A DNA stretch of 64,000 bases, from NCBI GenBank assembly GCA_934140575.1, contig CAKPBJ010000001.1, positions 196,905-260,904 on the forward strand. Reading direction: 5' to 3'. Positions 49,263 to 59,353 of this stretch are shown here, one piece after another. How positions within the stretch are numbered: the stretch's first letter is position 1; every line of letters begins with the position of its first letter. A program made the position numbers and the translations under genes. The stretch is from an uncultured Bacilli bacterium. GTDB taxonomy: Bacteria; Bacillota_I; Bacilli_A; RF39; UBA660. The notes below the pieces were generated by a model that saw only the letters and a program-made list of their open reading frames with translations, was not told the origin of the DNA and searched no databases.

Positions 49263-50882
49263 TTACATAACAATTCCTAAAATAATTAAAACAACAGCAA
49301 GTATAATTCCTAGTATTTGAATTACTTTATATGTTGGATAACTGCATAATCTCTTTACTTTACCATCTACTTCAATTGTATTAATTTCAATATATGGTAC
49401 TGGACTTCTTCTATACCATCCTTTTATCTTAGCAGTTTTATTAAAATATTCTGGAGCTTTAAAAAGTGCAAATATTTTGTCTTGAAGTTTTAGAGGTTGT
49501 TTATAATCTAGAAAAATAATTCCAGTTTCATCTCTAATAACAAAATCTTCATTAAAAATACAACCAGGATTTCCCCTACCAATAATAGTTCCTTCTATTT
49601 CGCAGGGAATAGATGTTATTTCTGACACTTTCACTTTTTCTAGTAGGCTACTTACTGTGGTTTTATTATAATCTTTATTTTTATATCTTCTATTTACTTT
49701 TATTTTCCATGTAAAAATCATTACTAGTAACATTATACCAACTACTATAAATGGGGACATTACTGGATATAGCAAATATATGAAGAATATTAGAATAGCT
49801 AATAATATTCCTATTAGTGGCATCCAACTGATTAATAAATCTATTAAGAAGTCATCTACATAAGATTCTTCTTTTTGTAAGTCAAAGATTATATATGGCT
49901 CTTGATTATATTCTTTACTTGATTTAGATATTTCTAATAATCTTCTTGATATTAGTGGATGTGTTGAATTTAGTTGATAAATGAAAGCCCATGGATTCCA
50001 CATTTCCCATTTCATGGCATTTTTTATCATATTCTTATCAATACTGCCTGATTTACTATAACTTGATACTACTAATGTTTTTGATGTTTTTGAATCAAAT
50101 ATTCCTAACGCATTTGATCTTGATACTGAATGTTTTTTATTAGAGTCTGCAGTTGTTGTTAGACCATACCCTATTTTTACAAGAGCTTGAGCAAGTGAGT
50201 TTGGATTTTTGGTAACTTTTATTGAAAAGTCATCAGCATAATATTCTCTTGTTCTTGATAGCCATAGAATTATATAATTTGAAAATAAATAGAATAGATA
50301 AGCAATTAATCCTATTAGTTCTGCATAAGATGAATTTTTATTATTATTACTTCTATTATCTAATATAGTTACTTCATATATAAAATATAGTACTAGTGGT
50401 ACTAGTTGAGCCATTGTCATAAATAACATATCATAGTGAACTGCATGTCCTAATTCGTGCCCTACTACTGCTTTTACTTCATCTTCTGTTAATAGTTCAA
50501 ATATACCTTTTGTTAGAACGATTCTTGCATCATTTTTTGTATGTCCATAAGTAAAAGCATTTGGAGATGAATCATCAATATATCCAATACGAGGATATTT
50601 CATATTATTTTCTCTACAGATATTTTCAATAAATTGCTTTAAGTAGTCTGGCAATTCATAGTCAAATTTTGCATTATAAAACCACTTCATTGAAACATCT
50701 GTTAAGAATGGAGAAATCATAAATTGTATAATTAAAATAAATATACTTAGTAATATACCATTTGATGGTGGATATCCTAATAAAATAACAATTAATATTA
50801 CTATTGCTGATAGTAATACATATAGACCAGTTATTGTTAATAGGGAAATTCCAAATAAATTCTTTTTCATAATTTTACACAC
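49263..50882 (-). CDS. M48-family (HtpX-like) zinc metalloprotease with an extra C-terminal domain
   Basis: The motif HELGHAVHYD (HExxH), several TM helices and a C-terminal region of about 150 aa ending in a TM segment are present. Confidence 0.7.
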   Translation of the reverse strand: MCKIMKKNLFGISLLTITGLYVLLSAIVILIVILLGYPPSNGILLSIFILIIQFMISPFLTDVSMKWFYNAKFDYELPDYLKQFIENICRENNMKYPRIGYIDDSSPNAFTYGHTKNDARIVLTKGIFELLTEDEVKAVVGHELGHAVHYDMLFMTMAQLVPLVLYFIYEVTILDNRSNNNKNSSYAELIGLIAYLFYLFSNYIILWLSRTREYYADDFSIKVTKNPNSLAQALVKIGYGLTTTADSNKKHSVSRSNALGIFDSKTSKTLVVSSYSKSGSIDKNMIKNAMKWEMWNPWAFIYQLNSTHPLISRRLLEISKSSKEYNQEPYIIFDLQKEESYVDDFLIDLLISWMPLIGILLAILIFFIYLLYPVMSPFIVVGIMLLVMIFTWKIKVNRRYKNKDYNKTTVSSLLEKVKVSEITSIPCEIEGTIIGRGNPGCIFNEDFVIRDETGIIFLDYKQPLKLQDKIFALFKAPEYFNKTAKIKGWYRRSPVPYIEINTIEVDGKVKRLCSYPTYKVIQILGIILAVVLIILGIVM

Positions 50883-50965
50883 CTCTTTATTCTATATTTA
50901 AATTATATGTTCTTTTTTATTTTCTAGCAAGAAAAAAGAATTATATTATCTTTTGTTATAATTCT

Positions 50966-51672
50966 TTAATGTAGAAGTGAATCTATATATTCATTTAATT
51001 CATTAAACTCTTCTTTTTTTAGTTCATTTAGTTTAGGATGATGTTCTTTTATTATGGCACCATTAAATGTTTTTAACATTTCATAGTCATTATCATTATC
51101 CCCTATTACATATAATTTATTATATTCAAGATTTTCTATATTTAATAATCTTTTTAGGGCATGTTCTTTATTCACACTTTTTTCAATTATATTTACGTGA
51201 GTTCTACTTGCGTATATATGAACATTTACTTTTTCTTGTATTAATTTAACTATTCTTTCTTTTTCTTCATCATCTGTACAATTTACTACTATTTTTACAC
51301 AGTCATTCATATTTGTTGTTTTATTATAACCATCATCTAAATAGTAATCAGCATTTATACTATCTAAAATATCTGTTGCTTTTTCAATAGTATTTTTATC
51401 TAAGTTAATCGTATCTAAGCAATAATCAACACTATTAAATATTTTTGCTCCATCATCACAAACTAAGTATGTATATAAAATGTTATATTTTTTTAAATAC
51501 TTTTTTAAATCTGAATAGTTTCTGCCGGTTATTATGCAGAAGATATTTCCGTTTGAAATAAATTCATTAATTTTAAAAGCATTTCTTTTATTTTTTTCTT
51601 CATCTTCTAAAAAATAGATTGTATTATCAAAGTCACTTGCTAGTATTTTTATAAATATCGCCTGCCTTTCAT
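50966..51672 (-). pseudogene. HAD-superfamily (Cof-type) hydrolase with no canonical in-frame start; likely frameshifted at the 5' end
   Basis: The reading frame encodes ILASDFDNTIYFL (motif I DxDxT) ... GDNDNDYEML (motif IV). No ATG, GTG or TTG occurs in frame upstream of motif I. The only nearby ATG (51670-51672) is in another frame and stops after 7 codons. Confidence 0.5.
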
Positions 51673-52017
51673 CTAATATTAGTATACCTTATAAGTGACT
51701 GATGTGTAAAATATCTTTTTTGCTTACTTTTATTATTTTATATATTTAGTATAATTATTTAATAAGACTGAGTATAGAATTGATATGAAAACAATTGATT
51801 CATTGTACAAAAGTATTTATGATGAAGTAAGAAAAGTTCATAATTACGAAGTTTTTGAATTAAGTTATTATGAAATTAGTGCAAATAAAGAATTTATAAC
51901 ATGGGTAAATGAGAAAGTTAGACAAGTAACAAGTATATAAAACAAGTAGATATAAATAATATTTATTTGTTTTTTTTATTGATTAGTATTATAATATGCG
52001 AAAAAAGGAGGGGTTTT

Positions 52018-54300
52018 GTGCGTGAATTTAAGGAAATTTTTGAAGAATTAGGTTATACGTTCCCTAGTGCAGATGTTTTAGAAGACGTTTATACCTTTTA
52101 TAGATATTATAATAATGAAGCAAATAAAGGTGTATCAGCAATTTTATTAGAAGGAGATCCAGGTTGTGGTAAAACTTTTTTATCTGAGGTATTTCAACAA
52201 TATTTAGGAAAAGATACAGAATATATTTATACACAATGTGTTGAAGAGACTAATAGTGATAAGTTAATTGCTACTTACAACGTTCCTGCTATTGTTAAAG
52301 GAGACTCTGATAAGGCTATTGCTGAAGGTATTCTTACTCATGCAATAATGCTTGCTAATGCTGGTAAAAAAGTAGTACTAACAGTTGATGAGTTAGATAA
52401 AGCAAGAGAACAACTTGATTCATACTTCTTAGATTTTTTACAAAATGGTAAGATAGAAACAGCAGATAATAAAATTTTATCTTTAACTGAGGAAGGAAGA
52501 AAAAATCTTTATGCAATATTTGCTAAGAATAATGAAAGAGATTTACTAGATGCCTTACTTAGAAGATGTTCTGTAATTAAATTACCACCTATGCCACCAG
52601 TTTTAGCTTATAAAACTTTACTTAGAAAATTTGAAAATAATAAGCATGATCCAAAATTTTTAAAATTTATTTGTAAAGTATATGAAGCAATATATAATGA
52701 ACAAATGAATAGTAATGAAGAATTACTTAATAGACTACCTGCTCTACAAGAATTAATTTCAGCAATAAGTAGTGATTATGAATTATATTTAGATGGAATA
52801 AGTAGTACTAGAAGAATTAAAAGTTTAATTAGAAAACTTGGAAAAGATGATAATAGTCGTGAAATAATTACAGATATTCTTACTAAAAAGTTTAAATATC
52901 AAAATAAAGAAAGTAATTATACTAATGAGACACTTAACTTTGATATCGATGATTCAAATGACTATATGAATACAAGAGATAAAGAAAGTTTAGTTGATCA
53001 GTATATAGAAAAGAAAGATAATGGTGAATATATCTTTGAAGAAGATGAAATGGAAGACCCGATGAAAGATATTGCTAATATTCTTGATAATATGAAAGAT
53101 GATCAATCTCTTGTATTTATAGATAAAGCAAATAAAGAAAAAATTGTGGAACTTGGAACTATTACTCATGATAATCCACAGGCACTTGACTGTTTATTTA
53201 ATCAAGTAAAATTTAAAGGAAATCCTAATAGTAGATTTGGTTTTCTTGACTTTGATGGAGATAATTTTGTAGGTTTAATGAAATATAAAAACACATTAAT
53301 ATTAGTTGCAAATAAAGAATATGTTTCTCCAAAACTTCTTATGAGAAGTCTTTCTTCTATTATAACAATAATTTGTGATGCAAATAATAATCCTGATTTT
53401 AATCATTATTATTTTTCTGAATCAAGTGCTGATGACTTCAAACTCACTGGAATAAATGCTAAAATCTTATCAAATTCACCAAAGATGGTTTTAAATAAAA
53501 TGAAAAATGTTAATGGAGTTATGACTTATAATGCGAATAATTTAAAAATTACTCATGATGATTCACTTAATATTAATTATTTTAGATATTTACAAAGATA
53601 TAGAGCAGAACCTATTTTTGATGTTGTAAAGAAATTATGTGAATTTAATCCTGAACTTGCAATTCCAGCATCATTTATAAATGCGAAAAAGTTTGAGCCT
53701 AATAGTTTTAATGGCCTAAGAGGTAGCGATTACTATGAGCGTCAAAAAGATAGAGCTCAAAGATATGAAGAAAAAGGATGGAAAGTTACATTTGATGAAA
53801 TGACTCCAATGCACTTAACTATCGGAAAAATGGATACACTAAGAGGAAAACATTATTGGGAAGATGAACATAGATATTATGAAGTTGAAGATGACTATGT
53901 TTTTGAATATGATGAAACTATAGATGAAGAAAATAAAACAGTTCATTTATATCCTAAGTATAAATTAAATGGAGAGTATGTATTATATACTCAAGAAAAA
54001 GACTTTATGGAAAATGAATCTATTAAACAATTAGATCCATTTCAAAAAGAGATTGCTATGATGGCTAAAGACATATTTGGTAACTTTATCCCTGTATTTT
54101 CAAGCGAAAGAAACCCTGACTACTTTTCAAAACTTACTATGTCACATACGGGTAGAATTGTTGATAACAAACAAGATAGAAGAAGAATTCCTGGTATATC
54201 ACAAGATATTACTGAAGAGAATGACTTTACAAAATATTATAATTCATTAGCAGAACCATGTTCTTTAATTACACCTGAAAAAGTATTTAGAAAGAAATAA
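52018..54300 (+). CDS. MoxR-like AAA+ ATPase with a C-terminal extension of about 550 aa of unknown function
   Basis: Walker A reads AILLEGDPGCGKTF and Walker B reads VVLTVDELDKA, followed by ...LDFLQNGKI as in the MoxR/RavA family. The RBS AAGGAGGGG lies 4 nt before the GTG at 52018. There is a 3-nt gap to the next gene. Confidence 0.65.
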   Translation: MREFKEIFEELGYTFPSADVLEDVYTFYRYYNNEANKGVSAILLEGDPGCGKTFLSEVFQQYLGKDTEYIYTQCVEETNSDKLIATYNVPAIVKGDSDKAIAEGILTHAIMLANAGKKVVLTVDELDKAREQLDSYFLDFLQNGKIETADNKILSLTEEGRKNLYAIFAKNNERDLLDALLRRCSVIKLPPMPPVLAYKTLLRKFENNKHDPKFLKFICKVYEAIYNEQMNSNEELLNRLPALQELISAISSDYELYLDGISSTRRIKSLIRKLGKDDNSREIITDILTKKFKYQNKESNYTNETLNFDIDDSNDYMNTRDKESLVDQYIEKKDNGEYIFEEDEMEDPMKDIANILDNMKDDQSLVFIDKANKEKIVELGTITHDNPQALDCLFNQVKFKGNPNSRFGFLDFDGDNFVGLMKYKNTLILVANKEYVSPKLLMRSLSSIITIICDANNNPDFNHYYFSESSADDFKLTGINAKILSNSPKMVLNKMKNVNGVMTYNANNLKITHDDSLNINYFRYLQRYRAEPIFDVVKKLCEFNPELAIPASFINAKKFEPNSFNGLRGSDYYERQKDRAQRYEEKGWKVTFDEMTPMHLTIGKMDTLRGKHYWEDEHRYYEVEDDYVFEYDETIDEENKTVHLYPKYKLNGEYVLYTQEKDFMENESIKQLDPFQKEIAMMAKDIFGNFIPVFSSERNPDYFSKLTMSHTGRIVDNKQDRRRIPGISQDITEENDFTKYYNSLAEPCSLITPEKVFRKK

Positions 54301-54303
54301 TTT

Positions 54304-56169
54304 ATGGATAAAATACCTAGTTTAGATAGTTTATTAGATTATGGTGATGAATATAAATATCCGGATTTAATAACTAGCGATTATTTTGTAATCGATAAAA
54401 AAAGACAAGAAAAGAATAGTCAAAATAGTAATGATAATTCGCCTACTGACAATAATCAAAAAGAAAAAGACAATTCAAATGATTTTAGTAATGAAACTCA
54501 ACAAAATCAAAATAATTCAAATACATCTGATGTAGATGGTTCAGAAAGTAATGACTCTAATTCTGATACAGATAGTAAAAGTAATTCGGATAGTTCTTCT
54601 AATGATGAGACTTCACAAGATAGTTCTAGTTCTTCTGAGACTGATAGTTCAGAAAATAATGATTCTAATTCTGATACAGATAGTAAAAGTAGTTCTGGAA
54701 ATTCTTCTAATGATGATTCTTCACAAAAGAGTTCTAGTTCTTCTAACTCTAATGGTTCAGAAAATAATGATTCTATTTCTGATAAAGATAGTAAAAGTAG
54801 TTCTGGAAGTACTTCTAATGATGAGGTTTCGCAAGAAAGTTCTAGTTCTTCTAACTCTAATGGTTCAGAAAATAATGATTCTATTTCTGATGGAGATAGT
54901 AAAAGTAGTTCTGGAAGTACTTCTAATGATGAGGTTTCGCAAGAGAGTTCTAGTTCTTCTGATACTGATAATTCAGAAAATAATGATTCTATTTCTGATA
55001 CAGATAGTAAAAGTAGTTCTGGAAGTTCTTCTAATGATGATTCTTCACAAGAGAGTTCTAGTTCTTCTAACTCTAATGGTTCAGAAAATAATGTTTCTAT
55101 TTCTGATGGAGATAGTAAAAATAGTTCTGGAAGTTCTTCTAATGATGATTCTTCACAAGAGAGTTCTAGTTCTTCTGAGTCTGATCGTTCAGAAAATAAT
55201 GATTCTTCACATGAGAGTTCTAGTTCTTCTGTGGCTGATAATTCAGAAAATAATGATTCTAACGAAGAAGAAAAAGATTTACTTGATGAAAATAAAGAAG
55301 AGAAAGATTCTGATAAAGAAAAACAAGATAATAAAGATAATGATTTGCACAAAAATAACGATAGTGATGACGAAAATAATTTTGATGATTTAATGAACAA
55401 TTATGATGAAGATAATGATACAAAAAGAAATCGTAATACTACGAATAGTGATTCTTCTGGCAGCCCTAGTGATAAACTAAGTAGTATTCATAGTTCTAAA
55501 GTATATATGACTTTAAAGAAATTAGTTTCACTTAGTTATGAAAGATATACTAAAGGCACGTATAAATATAATAAAAAAGACATAGTTAAGCATTATATTA
55601 CTAACCAAAAATTTAGAATTATGGATGATATGGTAAGTCCTACTTTTAAACCTGATGTTTATGTATTTGACTTATCACCTTCTAATGACGATTCTCTTGA
55701 ATTATATGTTAATACAATTAGTAGTGTTGCCTCTAAAGGTTCTATTATATATTTAACTTTTAATGAAAGAATACTTAGAAAACTTACTATTAAGAAAAAT
55801 AGTTCTTCAGGTATTGATGTTGAGAAAGTTGCTAAATCAAATACTACAAGATATCAAAATTTTGATTGTGAAGTATTTGATGAATTTCGTTCTTTATATG
55901 ATGAATTGAAAGATATAAAAAATAAAAAAATATATGTGTTTTCAGATTTTGATGTTAGTGAAGAGATGTGTTCCCTATCACAAGAAAATGATAGTATTGT
56001 TTGGTTTTCAACAGAAAATAGTGCTCATTATGGAGGAATGTTTGATTTTTATAGACCTTACCCTACTACATATAAAGGATATTATGTTGAAACACAAGGA
56101 ATTGATGATATAGAAAAATATGTTTTAGAAAAAAATAAAAGTAAATATAAAACGAAAGGAAAAAGATAA
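54304..56169 (+). CDS. vWA (MIDAS) domain protein with a long Ser/Asp/Asn-rich tandem-repeat linker
   Basis: The C-terminal roughly 230 aa has DVYVFDLSPSNDDS (the DxSxS MIDAS motif), ...T..., and IYVFSDFDV (the vvvhTDG-like strand). The central roughly 260 aa consists of about six 39-aa repeats (GSENNDSISDGDSKSSSGSTSNDEVSQESSSSSNSN). Confidence 0.6.
   Translation: MDKIPSLDSLLDYGDEYKYPDLITSDYFVIDKKRQEKNSQNSNDNSPTDNNQKEKDNSNDFSNETQQNQNNSNTSDVDGSESNDSNSDTDSKSNSDSSSNDETSQDSSSSSETDSSENNDSNSDTDSKSSSGNSSNDDSSQKSSSSSNSNGSENNDSISDKDSKSSSGSTSNDEVSQESSSSSNSNGSENNDSISDGDSKSSSGSTSNDEVSQESSSSSDTDNSENNDSISDTDSKSSSGSSSNDDSSQESSSSSNSNGSENNVSISDGDSKNSSGSSSNDDSSQESSSSSESDRSENNDSSHESSSSSVADNSENNDSNEEEKDLLDENKEEKDSDKEKQDNKDNDLHKNNDSDDENNFDDLMNNYDEDNDTKRNRNTTNSDSSGSPSDKLSSIHSSKVYMTLKKLVSLSYERYTKGTYKYNKKDIVKHYITNQKFRIMDDMVSPTFKPDVYVFDLSPSNDDSLELYVNTISSVASKGSIIYLTFNERILRKLTIKKNSSSGIDVEKVAKSNTTRYQNFDCEVFDEFRSLYDELKDIKNKKIYVFSDFDVSEEMCSLSQENDSIVWFSTENSAHYGGMFDFYRPYPTTYKGYYVETQGIDDIEKYVLEKNKSKYKTKGKR
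54540..55250 (+). repeat. about six in-frame 117-nt tandem repeats encoding a polyanionic Ser-rich disordered linker
   Basis: The unit ggttcagaaaataatgattctatttctgatggagatagtaaaagtagttctggaagtacttctaatgatgaggtttcgcaagaaagttctagttcttctaactctaat recurs with point differences. Both antisense frames give spurious ORFs. Confidence 0.8.
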
Positions 56170-57176
56170 TGGAAAATATTAAATTTAATAAATTATTAGA
56201 TGATAAATATTCTCTTATGAGTGATATTGCGAAGAAATATAATTATAATGATGAGTTACTTTCAATGCTTACTTTTATTTATGTTGCTTTTTACATGGAT
56301 TTTGGAAAAGATGTTGACTTTCCTTTATATGATTTGTTTAACAGAGTAAAAATAATATATGAAGAAGGAAATGTTTCAGAAATTTCTAATAGACATGGAT
56401 ATGGTAAAATGGAAGCTGGAAGTGCAGCAGTAACTATTTTTATACCTAATTTTAGAGTATTTAATAATCCTGAAGAAAAACAAAATTCACAAGTTATTTT
56501 GCTTGGTACACATGTAGGAGAATATCTTGCAACACCTGTTTTAAAACTGGAAATGTTAGCTCATGAAATAAGACATGCACTTATGGGATATTACAATACT
56601 AATAAATTAATAGATAGTAATACTTATTATATGAGAAGTGGTTTACAAGAAATATTTTATAAAAGAAATGATTTTGATAATAGAATTACTAGTATGGTTA
56701 AGGCTCATACTTTAGGGGAAGTCACTAATACTTATATAACTGAAATTCTTATTAATAGAATTATGTCATTTAAAAACTATGATATTAGGAATAATAATTT
56801 AAAAAGATATTTAAAAATGCTTAATACAAAACAACTAGATGGTAGATATAGAGCTATTGGATACAATAATGAAGTAAGATTATTATATCCTCTACTTTTA
56901 AATACTATGTTTATAGACTTAGTTAATAAGTGTGAGTTTGATGGAGATGTAGATTTAGTTAGAAAATTTATTGAAACTAATACAAATATTTGTAGTTATG
57001 ATGAATTTTGTAAAATACTTGATGAAGTATATAATGGAAATATTTCTTTTGCAAAAGATGTTCAAGAAAAGAATATGGATAAAATAAATAGACATGTTGA
57101 AAATATTAACAAAATTAAAAGTGTTGTTATGAGTGTAAAAGAAAGCCTTGATTGTCCAGTACTTAAAAAAGTATAA
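56169..57176 (+). CDS. HExxH zinc-metallopeptidase-like protein, third gene of the MoxR-vWA operon
   Basis: The motif LEMLAHEIRHALMGYY is present. Its start overlaps the upstream stop (gaTAATGg). Confidence 0.5.
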   Translation: MENIKFNKLLDDKYSLMSDIAKKYNYNDELLSMLTFIYVAFYMDFGKDVDFPLYDLFNRVKIIYEEGNVSEISNRHGYGKMEAGSAAVTIFIPNFRVFNNPEEKQNSQVILLGTHVGEYLATPVLKLEMLAHEIRHALMGYYNTNKLIDSNTYYMRSGLQEIFYKRNDFDNRITSMVKAHTLGEVTNTYITEILINRIMSFKNYDIRNNNLKRYLKMLNTKQLDGRYRAIGYNNEVRLLYPLLLNTMFIDLVNKCEFDGDVDLVRKFIETNTNICSYDEFCKILDEVYNGNISFAKDVQEKNMDKINRHVENINKIKSVVMSVKESLDCPVLKKV

Positions 57177-57498
57177 TATCTAATTAGTGGGGATCTTGTG
57201 TTTAAAACAGATATTAATTTAAATTTATATAAAACTTTTTATAATATTGCGAAATATGGACTAGTACAGTAAAGATAAAAGTTCCAACTCTTGGAATTAA
57301 AACTTATTCTCCTCCAGGTAGAGAAGTTGGTAGTTCTTGTGGTGAATTTACTAAGCATTATTATCATGAAGAGATTGAAACATAGGAACAAAGAAAAGAA
57401 TTTGAAAAATTTGAGAAAGAACATCTTATTAAAGAATAATAATAAAAAAGAGAACTAAGTGAAGTTATATTTTAGTATGCTTCATCCTTGTTCTCTTT

Positions 57499-58077
57499 TT
57501 AATATTTTTGTTTTTCCCTTAAGTAAAATATTACTACAAGTTGTCTATCTTGAGTATTTCTTTTGCATGTAATTAGAGTTAAAGTATTTTTATTTTTATT
57601 TCTAATTACTTCTACATTTCCATCTTTTTTTACATCATATATTTTATCAACAGAGTATATGTATTTAGTTCCTTGATAGTAAATATATGCTAAATCATTT
57701 TCGTTTAATTTATGTAATTGATTGAAATAAGAAATATCAGAGTTACCATTATGACCTTCTAATATAATATTTCCATTATTTTCAGTAGGAAGTGAACTTT
57801 CTTTCATTATTTCAATATTCTTTTCAATTGTATTTAAGTTAGAATCTAATTTGTATACTACTCTTTTTAAATTTATTTTAGGTACTTCTAAAACAAGTAA
57901 TAAATCATTTGTAGTACCATTGGATTTATTTGATGTATTACTTATATATTCTTTTACTTTTGTATTTTCTTTTTCTATTTTTATGTCTTTTAAAAATATA
58001 GGAATAATACCTATTATTATTCCTATTATAATGATAATTAAGCCTAATATTAATTTAGTTTTTCTTTTTAATTGCAT
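57499..58077 (-). CDS. sortase (transpeptidase)
   Basis: An N-terminal TM anchor, the catalytic His (LEGHNG), the catalytic Cys (TLITC) and a downstream Arg are present. Confidence 0.8.
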   Translation of the reverse strand: MQLKRKTKLILGLIIIIIGIIIGIIPIFLKDIKIEKENTKVKEYISNTSNKSNGTTNDLLLVLEVPKINLKRVVYKLDSNLNTIEKNIEIMKESSLPTENNGNIILEGHNGNSDISYFNQLHKLNENDLAYIYYQGTKYIYSVDKIYDVKKDGNVEVIRNKNKNTLTLITCKRNTQDRQLVVIFYLREKQKY

Positions 58078-58693
58078 TTATAATTAATGTTGTTCCTATT
58101 AATATTATAATTATAGAAAATACAATAGTATATGAAGAACTATTTTTCATAGTATTTGGTGATTTGACTATTTCACTAACTTCATCTTCATATTGGGCAT
58201 AAAATGACCAATCAATATAGGATAATTCATCATAATTAGTATTATCATAATCTTTTGATAAAGATGTTTCAACAGTCATTTTTAATTTTTTTGATGGCTT
58301 AATTTCTCCAATTAAGATTGCATCCTGAAGGTTTATTCCATCATTATTATAATCAAGGCCTGTTGCCTTACCATTATATATTACTTTATCATCTAACTTT
58401 ATAGTCATTTGGATATTTTCTAAGAATTCATCAGCTTCATTACTTTGTTTTTTAGGTTTTACTTGAAAATATAATGTATATTTAGTCTTTGTACCATTTT
58501 CAAGTATTAATTCATCTGTAAAAGAAGACCCTGGCACCATATCAGTGTGTTTCATAAAAACATCTTCATCTATTAAACTACTTTCATAATATAAATGTTT
58601 ATCATAATCTGTAAAATACAGTTTATTTTCTTTTGCTTGGACTGGTAATATACTTACTATAAATAAAGCTAAAATTAAAATAATTTTTTTCAT
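58055..58693 (-). CDS. secreted protein with a C-terminal sorting-signal-like tail (possible sortase substrate)
   Basis: A signal peptide (MKKIILILALFIVSILPVQA) is present. The C-terminus reads KSPNTM-KNSSSY-hydrophobic helix-KKKN. The gene overlaps the sortase gene by 23 nt. Confidence 0.5.
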   Translation of the reverse strand: MKKIILILALFIVSILPVQAKENKLYFTDYDKHLYYESSLIDEDVFMKHTDMVPGSSFTDELILENGTKTKYTLYFQVKPKKQSNEADEFLENIQMTIKLDDKVIYNGKATGLDYNNDGINLQDAILIGEIKPSKKLKMTVETSLSKDYDNTNYDELSYIDWSFYAQYEDEVSEIVKSPNTMKNSSSYTIVFSIIIILIGTTLIINAIKKKN

Positions 58694-58720
58694 GACAGGC
58701 CTCCTATCTAACTTTTGAAA

Positions 58721-59353
58721 TTAACTAATTGGAACTGTTGTTCCCCAAGCAGTTTTATATTGATCATATTGAACAGTTTCAACTTTAATGTTTAATTTAT
58801 ATGTTCCACCTGCATAACCACTTGTAGTTGTTGTACAAGTTTTTGTGTTATTAGCACTATTAGTTACACAATTGTCATTTGTTGAAATTGTAACATTAGG
58901 ATTAAACGTAACTGATTTGATTAAAGATGTTGTGGATGCATCCTTTGCAAGCTTAGTTTTGTAGTAGTAATAGTCTACACCATTTTCAGTTGATTTAGTC
59001 CATTTTGTAGATAAATCATCAGAAAAGTTAATAATAGCTGCTCTATTAGTACCATCTGTTAAAGCTAATGTTGCTCCTGTTGAATCTTTCCACTCTTCTG
59101 TATAAGAAACACGTACTGCAGCTTCTACTTCTCCTTTATTAGTTGCAATAATCTTTTTTTCAGTTGTTGTACCTGGAGTCCAATTACTAGGGCTTTCAAA
59201 AGTTTCAACTACCTCCATCTTATATGGTTTAGTTCCAAATACATTTGAAAATGTATCAGTACTTGTAAAATAAGCAAATGTGGTTCCTACTACACCAATT
59301 ATTGCTACCAATAGTAATGCAAATAATGATTTTTTATTCTTTATGTTCTGCAT
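58721..59353 (-). CDS. SipW-cognate biofilm matrix / pilin-like protein (BsaA/TasA family)
   Basis: The signal region ...LLLVAIIGVVGTTFAYFTSTD has the GT(T)FAYF SipW-cognate motif. The RBS AAGGAGTG precedes the ATG at 59353. Confidence 0.65.
   Translation of the reverse strand: MQNIKNKKSLFALLLVAIIGVVGTTFAYFTSTDTFSNVFGTKPYKMEVVETFESPSNWTPGTTTEKKIIATNKGEVEAAVRVSYTEEWKDSTGATLALTDGTNRAAIINFSDDLSTKWTKSTENGVDYYYYKTKLAKDASTTSLIKSVTFNPNVTISTNDNCVTNSANNTKTCTTTTSGYAGGTYKLNIKVETVQYDQYKTAWGTTVPIS

Noticed and set aside
51785-51940. 52-codon plus-strand ORF (MKTIDSLYKSIYDEVRKVHNYEVFELSYYEISANKEFITWVNEKVRQVTSI)
   Set aside because: The RBS is weak and there is no recognisable family. It could be a small leader or unknown protein upstream of the MoxR operon, but the evidence is insufficient.
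54507-55400. Two long antisense or alternative-frame ORFs (297 aa on the minus strand, 285 aa on the plus strand) across the vWA gene
   Set aside because: They are composed of the reverse or shifted reading of the 117-nt tandem repeats (SLSEL… and ILIQIVKVV… periodic peptides). They are low-complexity artefacts inside a gene with a clear MIDAS domain.
57180-57440. Short open frames downstream of the HExxH gene (…VKIKVPTLGIKTYSPPGREVGSSCGEFTKHYYHEEIET*, the plus strand) and the 61-aa minus-strand ORF 57239..57424
   Set aside because: They have no start codon or RBS and are low complexity. This may be a decayed gene fragment but cannot be supported as a feature.
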